From NCBI RefSeq assembly GCF_963921235.1, contig NC_086097.1, positions 27,344,001-27,408,000 of the forward strand: 64,000 nucleotides of DNA, given 5' to 3'. This DNA is from Mobula hypostoma. Taxonomy: Eukaryota. The notes beneath the pieces were generated by a model. It was given only the letters and a program-made list of their open reading frames with translations, ran no database searches and was not told where the DNA came from. Of the stretch, positions 11,001 through 22,856 are shown piece by piece. Numbering within the stretch: the stretch's first letter is position 1; the number at the start of each line of letters is the position of its first letter. The translations under genes were made by a program, and so were the position numbers.

Positions 11001-11559
11001 AGCTTGAGGAGGCTATAGACAGAGCTATCATAAAGGGAAAGGGAGAGGGAACCTATGTGGCAAGCCAAAGCAAGCTCAAGTAGAATATGTTAATAGAACA
11101 GAGCAGCATTTGAAGCTGCTCTGCTATTCAGCAAGATCAAGGTTAAATTTCCCTCGCAACATGTTTTCACTGATCTTCTTATCCCTCAGTTTTCTTAGAG
11201 CTCAGAAATCCATCAATCTCATCCTTGTATAGATTCAACAACTATAGCTCTTTGGGATACAGAATTGAAGAGATGACAGTCTTTTGGGTGAATAAATTTT
11301 CCCCTTGGTTCAATATCGCAGACTCTTCAGTGTGAGATCATGATCTCCCCTCTCAGGAAAAACAGCTTTCGAGCAGCTCCACTGTCAGTACCTCTAAGAT
11401 GTCATATATTTCAATGAGGTCATCCATCATTTTCCTAAACTTCAGGAAACACAAGCCCATTCCACTCAATATCTCTTCATATCACCGCATTGTCCCCTGC
11501 AATACAGGTTAGCGTACCTTTTGCTTCTTACTTGCTCTCCTCACATTTACTTTGTTAAT

Positions 11560-11875
11560 GATTAGCTTTAATAGTCACATGTACATCAACAAAATGCAGT
11601 GAAATGCACTGCCTGTACGAACAGCCAACACAGTCTGTAGATGTGCTGGGTAGCCCGCAAATGTTGTCATGCTTTCACAGTGCCAACATAGCTTGCTTAC
11701 AACTCACTAACCTGTATAACTTTGGAACGCAGAAGGAAACTGGAGCACTCAGAAGAAATTTATGTGGTTGCGGGAAGAATGTACAGTACTTACTCTTTAC
11801 ATTCAGTGGTGGCAATTGAACCCTGGACACTGGTGCTGTAAAACATTATGCTAGCCGCTACACTACTGTGCTGTC
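11560..11875 (-). mobile_element. SINE (HE1/V-SINE-like)
   Basis: Antisense family core and tRNA-like head (..aattgaaccc..ctagccgctacactactgtgc). Confidence 0.75.
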
Positions 11876-12544
11876 CAGACATACAGTACACACAAGGCTG
11901 GCCAAATGCTTCTGAATCTCAACATTTATTAGTCTCTCAATGTTTAAAACATTGTTTCTTACTGAAATGAATTGTTTTATGTTATACAACTTTATATCTC
12001 ATCTACAGGTATAGAGGTACAGGGGCCAAATGTGGGGAAACAGTACCAGCTTGCAAAAAGTTTGCAAAAAGCTTATTTTCATGGCATTTACAGTACATAT
12101 ACCTTTCAAGTCAAAGTCAAGTTTATAGTCATATGCACAGATGCAATATAAAAAATTTACTTGCAGCAGCATCATTGGCTGTCACAAATACTGGAGGAAT
12201 CAACAGGTCATTCAGCATCTATTGAGAAAAATAGATTTGGGCCAAGATCCCTCATTAGGATTGGAAAGTATCCAGCATTTTGTGTGTGTGTTGCTCTAGA
12301 TTTCCAGCATCTGCAGTCTCTTTTGTATTTCCTACAGGCGTATTTCAGTGTTGTGTAACTCCATGGCTCCACAGCTCTGTTGCCCAGTTAGTCGCCTGTT
12401 TGATGTTTTTACAGTTTGCGTTCAGTCCTAGATCAGCATCAACAACAAACCTGTTGACACAGACCTAGCATTGGAACACACACAAAATGCTGGAGGATCT
12501 AGGGAGGGGAATAAACAGCCCACGTTTCAGACCAAGACCGTTCC

Positions 12545-13805
12545 CAGTGGGCTGGAAGATTGCAAATGTCACTCCACTCTTTAAGAAAGGAGGAAGGCAA
12601 AAGAAAGGAAATTATAGACCAGTTAGCTTAACCTCATTGGATGGGAAAGTGTTGGAATCTACTATTAAGGATGAGGTTTCAGGGTACTTGGAGACTAATG
12701 ACAAAATAAATCAAAGTCAGCATGATTTCTGTGAAGGGAAATCTTGCCTGACAAATCTGTTAGGAGTTCTTTGAGGAAGTAACAAGCAAGCTGGACAGTG
12801 GATGTCATTTACTTGGATTTTCAGAAGGCATTTGATAAGGTGTCACACATGAGGCTGCTTAACAAAATGAAATTCCATGGTGTTTCAGAAAAGATACTGG
12901 CAGGGATAGAGGAATGGCTGACAGGCAGGAGGCAGCAAGTGGGAATAAAGAGGGCCTTTTACTGGTAGGCTGCCAGTGACTAGTGGTGATCCTCAGGGGT
13001 CAGTATTGGGACTGCTACTTTTCACATTGTTTGTCAATGATTTGGATAATGGAATTGATGTCTTTGTGGCAAAGTTTGAGGATGACATAAAGATAGGTGG
13101 AGGGGTAGGTTATGCTGAGGAAGCAATGCAATTGTAGCAGGACTTAGACGAATTGGAAGAATGGGCAAAAAAGTGGCAGATGGACTACAGTGTTGGGAAA
13201 TGTAAGATAATGCATATTGGTAATGGCCGACTATTATCTAAATGGAGAAAAGGTTCAAACATCAGAGATGCAGAGGGACTTGGGAAACCTCATGCAAGAC
13301 TCCCAGAAGGTTAATTTATAGGTTGAGTCTGTGGTAAAGATGGCAAATGCAATGTTGGCATTTATTTCATGGAGAATAAAACATACAAGCAAGGAGATAA
13401 TGCTGAGGCTTTATAAGACACTACTCAGGTTGCATCTGGAGTATTGTCAGCAGTTTTGGGCCCTATAGCTCAGAAAGGATGTGTTGTCATTGGAGAGAGT
13501 CCAGAGGAGGCTCACAAGGATGATTCCAGGAATGAAGGGGTTAACGTATGAAGTAAGGAGGAAGTTTTTAGCCAGAGAGTAGTGAATCTGTGGAATGATC
13601 TGCCCCAGACTGTGATGGAGACCAAGTCCGTGGGTGTATTTAAGGCGGAAGTTGATAGTTTCCTGATCGGTCAGGGCATCAAAGGACATGGCGAGAAGGC
13701 AAGTGTATGGGGTTGAGTGGGATCCAAGATCAGTCATGATGGAATGGCAGAGCAGATTCGGTGGGCTGAATGGCCTAAATCTGCTCCTATGTTTTATGGT
13801 CTTAT
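12545..13805 (+). mobile_element. Degenerate CR1 RT region and 3' UTR with an internal deletion
   Basis: [58 protein letters not shown]; tail ttatggtcttat. It sits between two inverted Penelope terminal-repeat fragments (12478-12545 and ~14145-14255). Confidence 0.9.
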
Positions 13806-15119
13806 CAGGACTGATTCAAAGTTCAAACTAAATTTATTATCAAAGTACATCTATGTCACCATATACAACCCTGAGATTCATTTTCTTGTGGACATACTCA
13901 ATAAATCTATAGAATAATAACCACAACAGAATGAAAGAAAGACCGTCCAACTTGGATGTTCAACCAGAGTGCAGGAAACAACGAACTGTGCAAATACAAA
14001 AGGAAAGAAATAATATAAATAAATAAATAAGCAATAAGTATCGAAGACATAAGATGAAGAGTTCTTGAAATTGAGTCCATTGGTTGTGGGAACACTTCAA
14101 TGACGGGGCAAATAAAGTTATCCCCTTTAGTTCGAGAGCCTTTTGGTTCCGAAAAATCAACTGTTCATTGCCTCCATAGATGCTGCCTAACCTGCTGAGT
14201 TCCTCCAGCATTTTGTGTGTGTTACTTGGATTTCAAGCATCTGCAGAATCTCTTGAGTCTAGGATAGGAGGTATTGATGAGGGGGACCTGGTGTAATTCA
14301 ATAATATTGAGAGTACAGGAACATCACGTCCACTCAGCGTCACAAAGTGCAAAGCCTAGAACAAATGTGCGACATGTTGTCTGAAGCCATATCATTCAAG
14401 CCTTTGTGATTTTAAATTATTTACAAAACTAATTTAGTTATGAGGTTGAATAATTTCAATTTTTAAAGAGGCTCAGGGTGAATTCATTTGAAATGCACCT
14501 GATGGATGAGTTAAGAATTTTAAAACTATATTCAGTTTGGATTTACTTCATTGCCTTATGCTGCACAGTAACCTCAGTCACTTGGCAAAGAACCCAGCTC
14601 AAATTTCCTTTCTAACGCTGCTCTATGCCATTCTACCCATACTTGGGATGTTGTTCAATGCAAACTAAAACACTGGTATGGAAATAACTCTGTGGAGATC
14701 TTCAACAGTGCAGTTAAATAAATGGGCATGATTCAATTCAGAACTGGTGCCAGCATAAACTTTTACTTAGTGAGAGAATAGTGTGGAATAATCTTTTGGG
14801 TGTGATAACAGATCATGGCATTCAAAATAATTAGTATTTATATATTGCTGCTTATTGATGGAACTTTCTTTCAATGCAGAGGATTGCATTGAAGTCAGAG
14901 TTAATGGACAAGATGGGTGAACCTTAGTGGTCTCATGTCCCTTATCACCCATGCATACTGCCAATACTCATTACACAATCCTAGCATCATATCAAACAAA
15001 TCCCCAGTATTATAGTACATTAATAGGGAGTTTTGATAGATTTTCTGACAATGTTGACAATTCCTTGGGAAAGCTGGAAATGCAAGACTGACTCTTATGT
15101 AGCAGCCCTCTCATCCTTC

Positions 15120-15300
15120 TGCTCAGCAAGATTCCACAAACAACAAGAAGATAAATAATGAGATAATAATATTTTGTTGGTGTTGGATACTAAATAAATA
15201 TTGGTAGATTATCAGGGGTATTGACTTGCTCATATTTGAAAGAGTCCCACAGGATCTGCTTTATCCAACTGAGAGAGCGGTATAACATCCCACCTGAAAT
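15120..15300 (-). mobile_element. Old DeuSINE (SacSINE1/AmnSINE1-like) remnant
   Basis: cagcaagattccacaaacaa..taaatattgg..cacaggatc..tccaactgagagag..taacatcccacctgaaa follows the order of the antisense Deu-domain as I recall it. Confidence 0.55.
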
Positions 15301-15659
15301 CCTTGGGGGGGTGGGGGTGGGGTTGAAGTTGAAGGTGCATTTGCTACCTACCAGGTTATATCTGACACCTGGGTAACATTGGAGGCTTTGCAGTTACTGG
15401 TATCCTGATTGGCTAGTTGTTGTTGTTTTTTTAACTGAACACACACACACACACACATACATGCACACAATGCTCACACAAACACCCCAGAAAGTTTTGT
15501 GGCAGGTCACAGAATGGATTAATGGTGGAAAGAATTAATGTAGGCCACTTTATGTGCAAAGAAAGTGCAAAGACGTACCCTGGTGGAAGTCAAATATACA
15601 TGTAAAATAGAACAATACCTCAGGCTGTATTCAGAATTTGGATAACGTGGCACCCCTTC

Positions 15660-15900
15660 TGTGCTCAGGTGATGAAGCAGAACGGAAAAGTCTAAAGAAA
15701 GTGGTGGATACAGCCCTCCCCACCATTGAGCACATTTACAAGGAGCAATGCCACAAGAAAGCAGCATCCATTATCAAAGACCCCACCATCCAGGCCATGC
15801 TCTCTTATCGCTACTTCATTCGGGCAGAAGGTACAGGAGCTTTAGGTCCCACATCACCAGGTTCTAGAACAGTTATTACTCTTCAACCATCACGTTCCGG
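15660..15900 (+). mobile_element. Rex1/Babar-type LINE 3' fragment
   Basis: ERKSLKKVVDTA..LPTIEHIYKEQCHKKAASIIKDP; homologous to 6600-6840. Confidence 0.75.
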
Positions 15901-16144
15901 AAATGAAGTAAACTTAATTTCAAATTTATATTTACCTATAACTTTTAGCTGGCTGTTCTATCATTAAAGGGATTGATATATTTTATTTTGGCTCTTGTCA
16001 CCCTCACAGCTCAAACCTGTGTTTATTCTTCAGCTGTGTCCAGATCGGTGGAAACCCTTCCTTGTCTTCTGCCTCCCTGGGCAAGCTGGGGCCACGCTAC
16101 CAATGAGGAACAAGTGAAACTGGTATATTATGTAATAAGGATGA

Positions 16145-17335
16145 CCCATAGAGGTTTATAAAATCATGAAAGGCATTGATAAAGGTGGATGGTCACATAG
16201 TAAGGGAACTAAACAGTATAAGTTTATGGGGAGGGGGGAATAGATTTAATGGAGACTTGTTTGCACATTGGTTGTTTGTCAGTCTTTCTGTGTAGTTTTT
16301 CAGTGATTCTATTGAATTTCTTTGTTTTACTGTGAATGCCTGCAAAAACATGAATCTCCATGGTGACATATACTGAAGGTACTTCATTAATAAATTTACT
16401 TTGAACTTCGAGGGGGAACTTTACCTTACAGAGGGTGCTGAGTATATGGAATAAGCTGACAGGGAGTGGTAGAGACAGGTACAAGGCTCTTTCATTACCT
16501 CTCAACTTACACTAATGTTGTTAAGTTTATTTTGTCATGTAAGTTAAGTATAACTTGGCTTGCTCCTGGAATAAGGGGGTTGTTGTATCGTGAGCAAATG
16601 AGGAAATTAGATCTGCATTCTTTAGAGTTCAGGAGACTGGGAGATAATTTTAATGAAATACATAAGATATACGTATCTGAGGAAAGATGTGCTGGCCCTG
16701 GAGAGGGTCCAGAGGAGGTTCACAAGAATTATCCCAGGAAAGAAAGGCTTAACGAATGAGGAGCACTTGATGGCTCTGGAGTTGATATGAGGGGACATAA
16801 CTACATGGTGATTGGAGGAAAGTATGGGGTGGGGGAATGTCAGAGGTAGATTTACACATAAAGACTGGTGGGTGTGTGGAATGTGCTGCCAAGGGTGGAG
16901 TAGAGGCAGATATATTAGGAGCATTAGAGACTTATATAGGCACATCAATAAAAGAAAATGGAGAGCAATATGGGAGGGAAGAGTTATATTGATCTTAGAA
17001 TAAGTTAAAGGGTCAGCACAACACAATAGGCCAAATGGCCTGTAACATGTTGCATTGTGCTATGTTCTAGGTTAACTATTTAAAATGGAAGTGCATAGAA
17101 ATGGTGGAAATAGTGGTGAATCTGTGGCATTCTCTACTCCAGAGTGTTATGGAGACTATTACTGAGGGATCTTAAAGAGAATATCGATACATCTTTCAAA
17201 AATCAGAGGACCGATGACCTTGGTGAATTGGTGCAGAAGAGGAAATGAGGCCAGAGTAAATCAGCCATGATCATATTGTACAATGGGGTAGGATTGAGGG
17301 GCCAAATGGCCTTCCCCTGCTCCAATGGGCTTATA
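16145..17335 (+). mobile_element. Cluster of nested CR1 3' fragments with an inserted LINE tail (~16255-16410)
   Basis: LDLHSLEFRRL, ALERVQRRFTRIIPG and LYRHINKRK motifs; several CR1 3' UTRs. Confidence 0.65.
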
Positions 17336-17475
17336 TCAGCAGCTTCAAACTGTATAAGTCTGTCTGTCAGTGGGAAGGCGTCTTGATGTTGATTCTCAAT
17401 TGCCCTGTTTCTCATTGCCTTAAGTTTGGCTCTGTATATAAAACAAACAAGGGCAATGCAGGCAAACACTGCACT

Positions 17476-17504
17476 GTTGGCACTAGCAACCGTTGCCTGG
17501 AGAC
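17476..17504. promoter_or_regulatory. Tandem RFX X-box-like motifs
   Basis: GTTGGCACTAGCAAC is followed directly by GTTGCCTGGAGAC in unique sequence. Confidence 0.35.
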
Positions 17505-19599
17505 AACTACTTGAGAGCTTCTCTTTTCTTCTTAATATAATGTATCACATGGCAATTTTGATGCAAGGATTGTTTAGAGTTTCTGAACACAAGGAATGTG
17601 CAAGGCAGAAACTAAATTGTTTTCTTATGCAGTTGAGAAGGTGGAAGTGGAGGTGGCCATATATCTAACACAAAACAGGGAGGGTCGCTGCAAAGTGTCA
17701 ATATCGCTGGAGCTCCCCCTGACGGCTCAGTGGGTTAATGCTTGGGCAGGATGAGGGACGGTTCAAAGGGTAGTTTACAGTCGTTCCATACACTCAGTAC
17801 AGCACAGTGTATTTCAGGAATAAGGAATGTTTCTGGCAGGGGCTGCTTGTGGGAGTTTTAGGGTTTATCTCTGCTGCCATTTGCCATTTCACCCACCCCC
17901 TGCATCAGTAAATGGCTGCAGGTAGCACACACTCACTGGTTTTAAATATTAAAGATTCAAAAGAATAGCTTTATTTATTTATCACATATACCATGAAATG
18001 TGTTGTGTCAACAACCAACAGAGTCTGAGGATGTGCTGGGGCAGCCCGCAAACATTGCCACACTTGTAAGCCCATAACTCACTAAATCTAACTCATATGT
18101 CTTCCAAATGTGGGAGGAAACCCATCAGTCATGGAGAGAACATCCGGTACAATGCCAGGATCATGGTCCATGGGACAGAACTAGGCTATTTGGCCCATCA
18201 AGTCTGCTCTACCATTTGATCATGACTGATTTATTATCCCTTTCAACCTCATTCTCCTACCATCTCCCTGTAACCTTTGATGCCCTTTTTATTCGGAGAT
18301 ACAGCACAGTATCTGGCCCAATGAGCCCACCCACACCACCTAATTAGATCTGTGCAACCAATTAACCAGCTCACTGCTACATCTTTGGAATGTGGGAGGA
18401 AACTGGAGTACCCAGAAGAAATCGATCACAGAAAGAATGTATCAACTCCTTACAGACAGGGCGGAACCAAACCTGGGGTGCTAGCACTATAATAGCGTTA
18501 CCACTACGCCAGCGTAATGTGTCACTGAGAAATTACAGTAACAAGGCTGTTGTATATTTCAAACTTCAGTAGGTCAATACTTTAAATGTCAGCTCGTAGT
18601 ATATTCTATCCATGTTCTGAAGTATCTCCAGAAATGAGCCTTTTATTTCATATTCTCGTTAAGGCTGTTCAGCTACTTTACTTTCTTGGGGTGGTTAAGG
18701 ATGAATCCCCAGTGGTGTAATTGGGCTTGTAATGACTACCAGGTGGTGTGATACTGAGTGAGGGCGATCAAGTGGAGACATTGCGTGTCGAAGCTGTTGG
18801 TTGCTGAGGTCTCTTAAACAAGGATTATTTTATATTAGATGCACTCTTTGAGCAGTGGTTAGCTGCGTTTGATTATTGCACTGGAAAAAGTGAGCTTTTT
18901 GTTTGGAACAATGCAACAAGAGGTCACTTTGTGAACATTAAGAGATTATATTTCTCAATTTATTTGTGGAATGCAGATAGTTTGGTTGCAGCTGCTTGAC
19001 ACAATGAGAACATGTAAACTGGTAAAATGCCATTCCTTACAGTTTATCTCATTTTCAGAATCATTGTTCATTCTTGTAAATATGGTGAATAATTTATGTT
19101 AAATTTGTGTTTTTATTGTGAGTGCTGCCTACAAGACCATAAGTCATAGGAGCAGAATTAGCACATTCAGCCATTGAGTCCACTGCACCGTTTGATCCTG
19201 GCTGATTTATTTTCCTTCTCAACCCCATTCTCCTGCCTTCTCCCCATAACATTTTATGCCCTTACTAATCAAGAACCTATCAACCTCTACTTTAGATATA
19301 ACCAAATGACTTGGCCTCTACAGCTGTCTGTAGCAATGAACTCCACAGTTTCACCAACTCCTGACTAAAATTTGATGCAATGTGCTTGTGATGCTGCTGC
19401 AAGTAAGGTTTTCACTGTACCTGTGCATTCATGTACATTTACAGATAACAATGAATTTGAGTTTGACTTTTGTTGAATTAGTTCTACTCCTTACTGCACA
19501 TAACAGTAGACTTTTCTACCTATCGCAGTGCAGTGTTAAGAGGGGTGCTCTGACATCACAGATGTTGCCCTTTAAATCCATGTCCTAGTAAACAGCAGT

Positions 19600-20225
19600 G
19601 TAGTGGGATGCATGGCAGCATAATGGTTAGTGCCACTCTTTACATTGCCAGTTGTAAGATCCATTCCCGCTGCTATCTATAAGGAATTTGTACCTTCCTC
19701 ACGTGAACACACGAGTTTCCTCTGGACGCTCCAGTTTCCCTCCACATTCCAAAGAAGAACGGATTAGGGTTAGTAAGTTGTGGGTAAGCTATGTTGGTGC
19801 TGGAAGCATGGCGACACATGTGGGATGCCCCCAGCAAAATCTTGACACAAATAACACAATTCACTGTAAGTTTTAATGTTTCAATATCTATGCGTCAAAT
19901 AGAAAGCAAATCTAATCTAATGTCCTGTATACCTTTTCTAGTGGCTCCAGCACTTATTAAATTTGGCTGTTCAAGGGAAACAAGGGTGAACAAAAATAGT
20001 GGCGTAGCTGTCAGAGTAACGCTTTACAGAACCAGCAATCAGCAATCAGGGTCCAATTCCCACTGTTGTCTGTAGGGAGTTTGTACGTTCTCCCTGTGAC
20101 CTCATGGGTTTTCTCTGGGTGGGCTGCCCCAGCTTATCCTCGGAGTGTGTTACTTATTGATGCAAGCAACGCATTTCACTGTTATGTTTCGATGTATGTG
20201 TGACAAATAAAGCTAATCTTTAGAA
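19600..20225 (+). mobile_element. Two SINE copies (HE1/V-SINE-like), ~19600-19920 and ~19995-20225
   Basis: Each has a tRNA-like head, the ggagtttgtacgttctcc core and a caaataaagctaatct-type tail. Confidence 0.8.
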
Positions 20226-21074
20226 GCAAGTTGATTCCCAATTTTCTCACCACTTTATGTAAAGTATTAAGAAGATTGTAAAGTATAAATCAATTGGAAA
20301 ATTGGAGGGCTACATGGGAGGGAAGGGTTAGATTGATTTTAGGGGAGATTAAAGGGTCGGTACAACAATGTATGCTAAAAGGCCTGCACTGTGCTGTAGT
20401 GTTCTATGTATTTATCAAATATCCTATTCAACCCTCCCCTATAATTCAGGTCCTCCAGTCCCAGAAATGCCTTTGTAAATTTTCTCTGTACTCTTTCAAT
20501 CTTACTGATATCTTTCCTGTAGCTAGGTGACCAGAACTGCACACAATATTTCAAATCTGGCCTCTCTTGTGTCTTATACAACTTCATTATAACATCCCAC
20601 CTCCTAAATCAGCCATGATCAAATGGTGGAGCAGACTCGATGAACCAAATGGCCTAATTCCGCTCCAAGGCCTCATGGTCTTATGTTCTTCTAAATAGTA
20701 GGTCAGGTTTAAACTAATGGCCCTCTCCTTACTGATGGGATTGAGTGCAAAGCTCATTCTACACGACAAAACAATTTTCTTTTTCAGTGAAGTCACAGTT
20801 GAATGATAATAAGCAGTGTGTAGAACTGTTACAGATGGACAAACTGTGGAGTTCCCTGGGTGAGCTAGGTTACGTTAATCCCACTTTATCAAGTTATAGA
20901 ATGCCTCAATTAACACCATGTTGTGGTGTACTGAAGTGAACACATTCTTCATATTGTACTGGAGCTGAGGGAACTAGCACATTCACCCCATTCAATTGGT
21001 ATGTAGGGAACATGATCACAGAGGAAGTTTTAGGGTAACCATCCGGGGCATGTGCAAACTGGGACTGAGCCAGG

Positions 21075-21380
21075 AGTGGCATGGTAGCATTACGGTTAGT
21101 GCACTTGCTTTACAGCACCGACAATCAGCGATCAGGGTTCAATTCCCACGCCTGCCTATAAAGTTTGTAGATTCTCCCTGTGACTGTGTGGGTTTCCTTC
21201 CAGTCCTCCCACATTCCAAAGACATAGAGATTAGGGTTAGTGAGCTGTGAGCATTCTATGTTGGTGCCAGAAGTATGGTGACACTCACGGGCTGCCTCCA
21301 GCTATCCTCTGACTTTGTGACATTGACACAAAATCACATATTTCACTGTTCATGTGAAAAATAAAGCTAATCTTTATCCT
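21075..21380 (+). mobile_element. Full-length SINE (HE1/V-SINE-like)
   Basis: A-box gtagcattacgg, B-box gggttcaattcc, family core and tail aaataaagctaatcttt. Confidence 0.85.
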
Positions 21381-21629
21381 TAAATTCAGAGAACATAGAA
21401 CATTTAACAGTACAGCACAGGCCCATGCTGACAATGTTGGTTATGATACCGAATTAATCTAATCCCAATAGCCTGCACATGATCCACATCCATTTCCTGC
21501 ATGTTCACATGTCTGCCTAAATACTGTTTAAATACCACTATCGTATATGCTTCCATCACCATCCCTGGCAGCCCATTCCAGGCATTTACCCCTCTCAGTG
21601 TAAAAAACTTGCAAGATTAGCTAAGTAAA

Positions 21630-21915
21630 GATGAGCTTTGTATGTCACACGTACTACAAAACATAAATTGAAATGCACGGTCTGTGTTACAATCAACACA
21701 GTCTGAGGAGGTGCTGGGGGCAGCGTCGCCATGTTTCCAGAGCCAACATAGAAGCCCACAACACGTTCATCTTTGGAATGTGGGAGGAAACTGGAGAACC
21801 CGGAGGAATCCTATGCTGTCACAGGGAGAACGTACCAACTCCTGACAGACAGTGGCAGGAAATGAACGCAGGGTTTACAGTTGGCACTGTAAAGCATTAC
21901 ACTAACCATGCTGCT
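21630..21915 (-). mobile_element. SINE nested in an antisense CR1 3' region (21388-22285)
   Basis: Antisense core tttggaatgtgggaggaaactggag. CR1 sequence (LEYYVQF; agaacatagaa tail) lies on both sides. Confidence 0.75.
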
Positions 21916-22304
21916 CCGCACACCCTCTCTACATTTTTTCCTGTTCACCTTAACACTCTGCCTTCATTTCTACTCTTATAATTTTATAAACTTCTACCAA
22001 GTCTCTGCACAGCCTCCGCTGCTCCAGAGAAAACAACCCAAGTTTGTCTAATTTTTTCTTAAAGCTTACACTCACTAATCCAGACAGTATCCTGGTAAAT
22101 TATTTCTGCATCCTCTCCTAAGTCTCCGTATCTTTTCTGTAATAGGACAACAGAACTGCACATAATACTCCAAATACAGATTAACCAAAGGTTTTATACA
22201 ACTGCAACCTGATGTTTTGATTCTTGCACTTAATGTCAAGACCAATGAAGGTAAGCATGCCAAACACCTCCTTTACCATGCTATTGTGACATGGTAGAGG
22301 GAGG

Positions 22305-22590
22305 AAGAGTAGTGTAGTGGTTTACAATGACAGTGACCCAGGTTCAATTCTGTCACTGTATGTAAGGAGTTTGTACATTTTCCTTGTGACCGTGTGGGTT
22401 TCCAGTGGGTGCTAGTTTTCCTTCACATTCCAAAGACATATGGGCTAGGATTAGTAAATTGTGGGTATGCTACTTTGATACTCACGGATTATCTCCAGCA
22501 CATCCTCAGGCTGTGTTGGCCGTTAAAACAAACAACACATTTCTCCACGTATATGTGACAAATAAAGCTAATCTGCAGATCTTTAATCTA
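22305..22590 (+). mobile_element. SINE (HE1/V-SINE-like)
   Basis: gtagtgtagtggt..ggttcaattc..aaggagtttgtac..gtgacaaataaagctaatct. Confidence 0.8.
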
Positions 22591-22856
22591 TCCACTTGTG
22601 TCGCCATTTTCATGGAGCTGTGGACTTCCCTGAAAGGCCTTGATACAGTAGATGTGGAGAGGATGTTTCCTATGGTAGAGACATCTAAGACACAGCCTCA
22701 GAGTAGAGGGACGTCCATTTAGAACAGATATGAGGAGGAATTTCTTTAGCCTGAGAGTGGTGAATCAGTGGAATTTGTTGCAACAGGTGGCTAAGGAGGC
22801 CAAGTCATTGGGATTATTTAAGGCAGAGGTTGATAGATTCATGATGAGTCAGGGCA

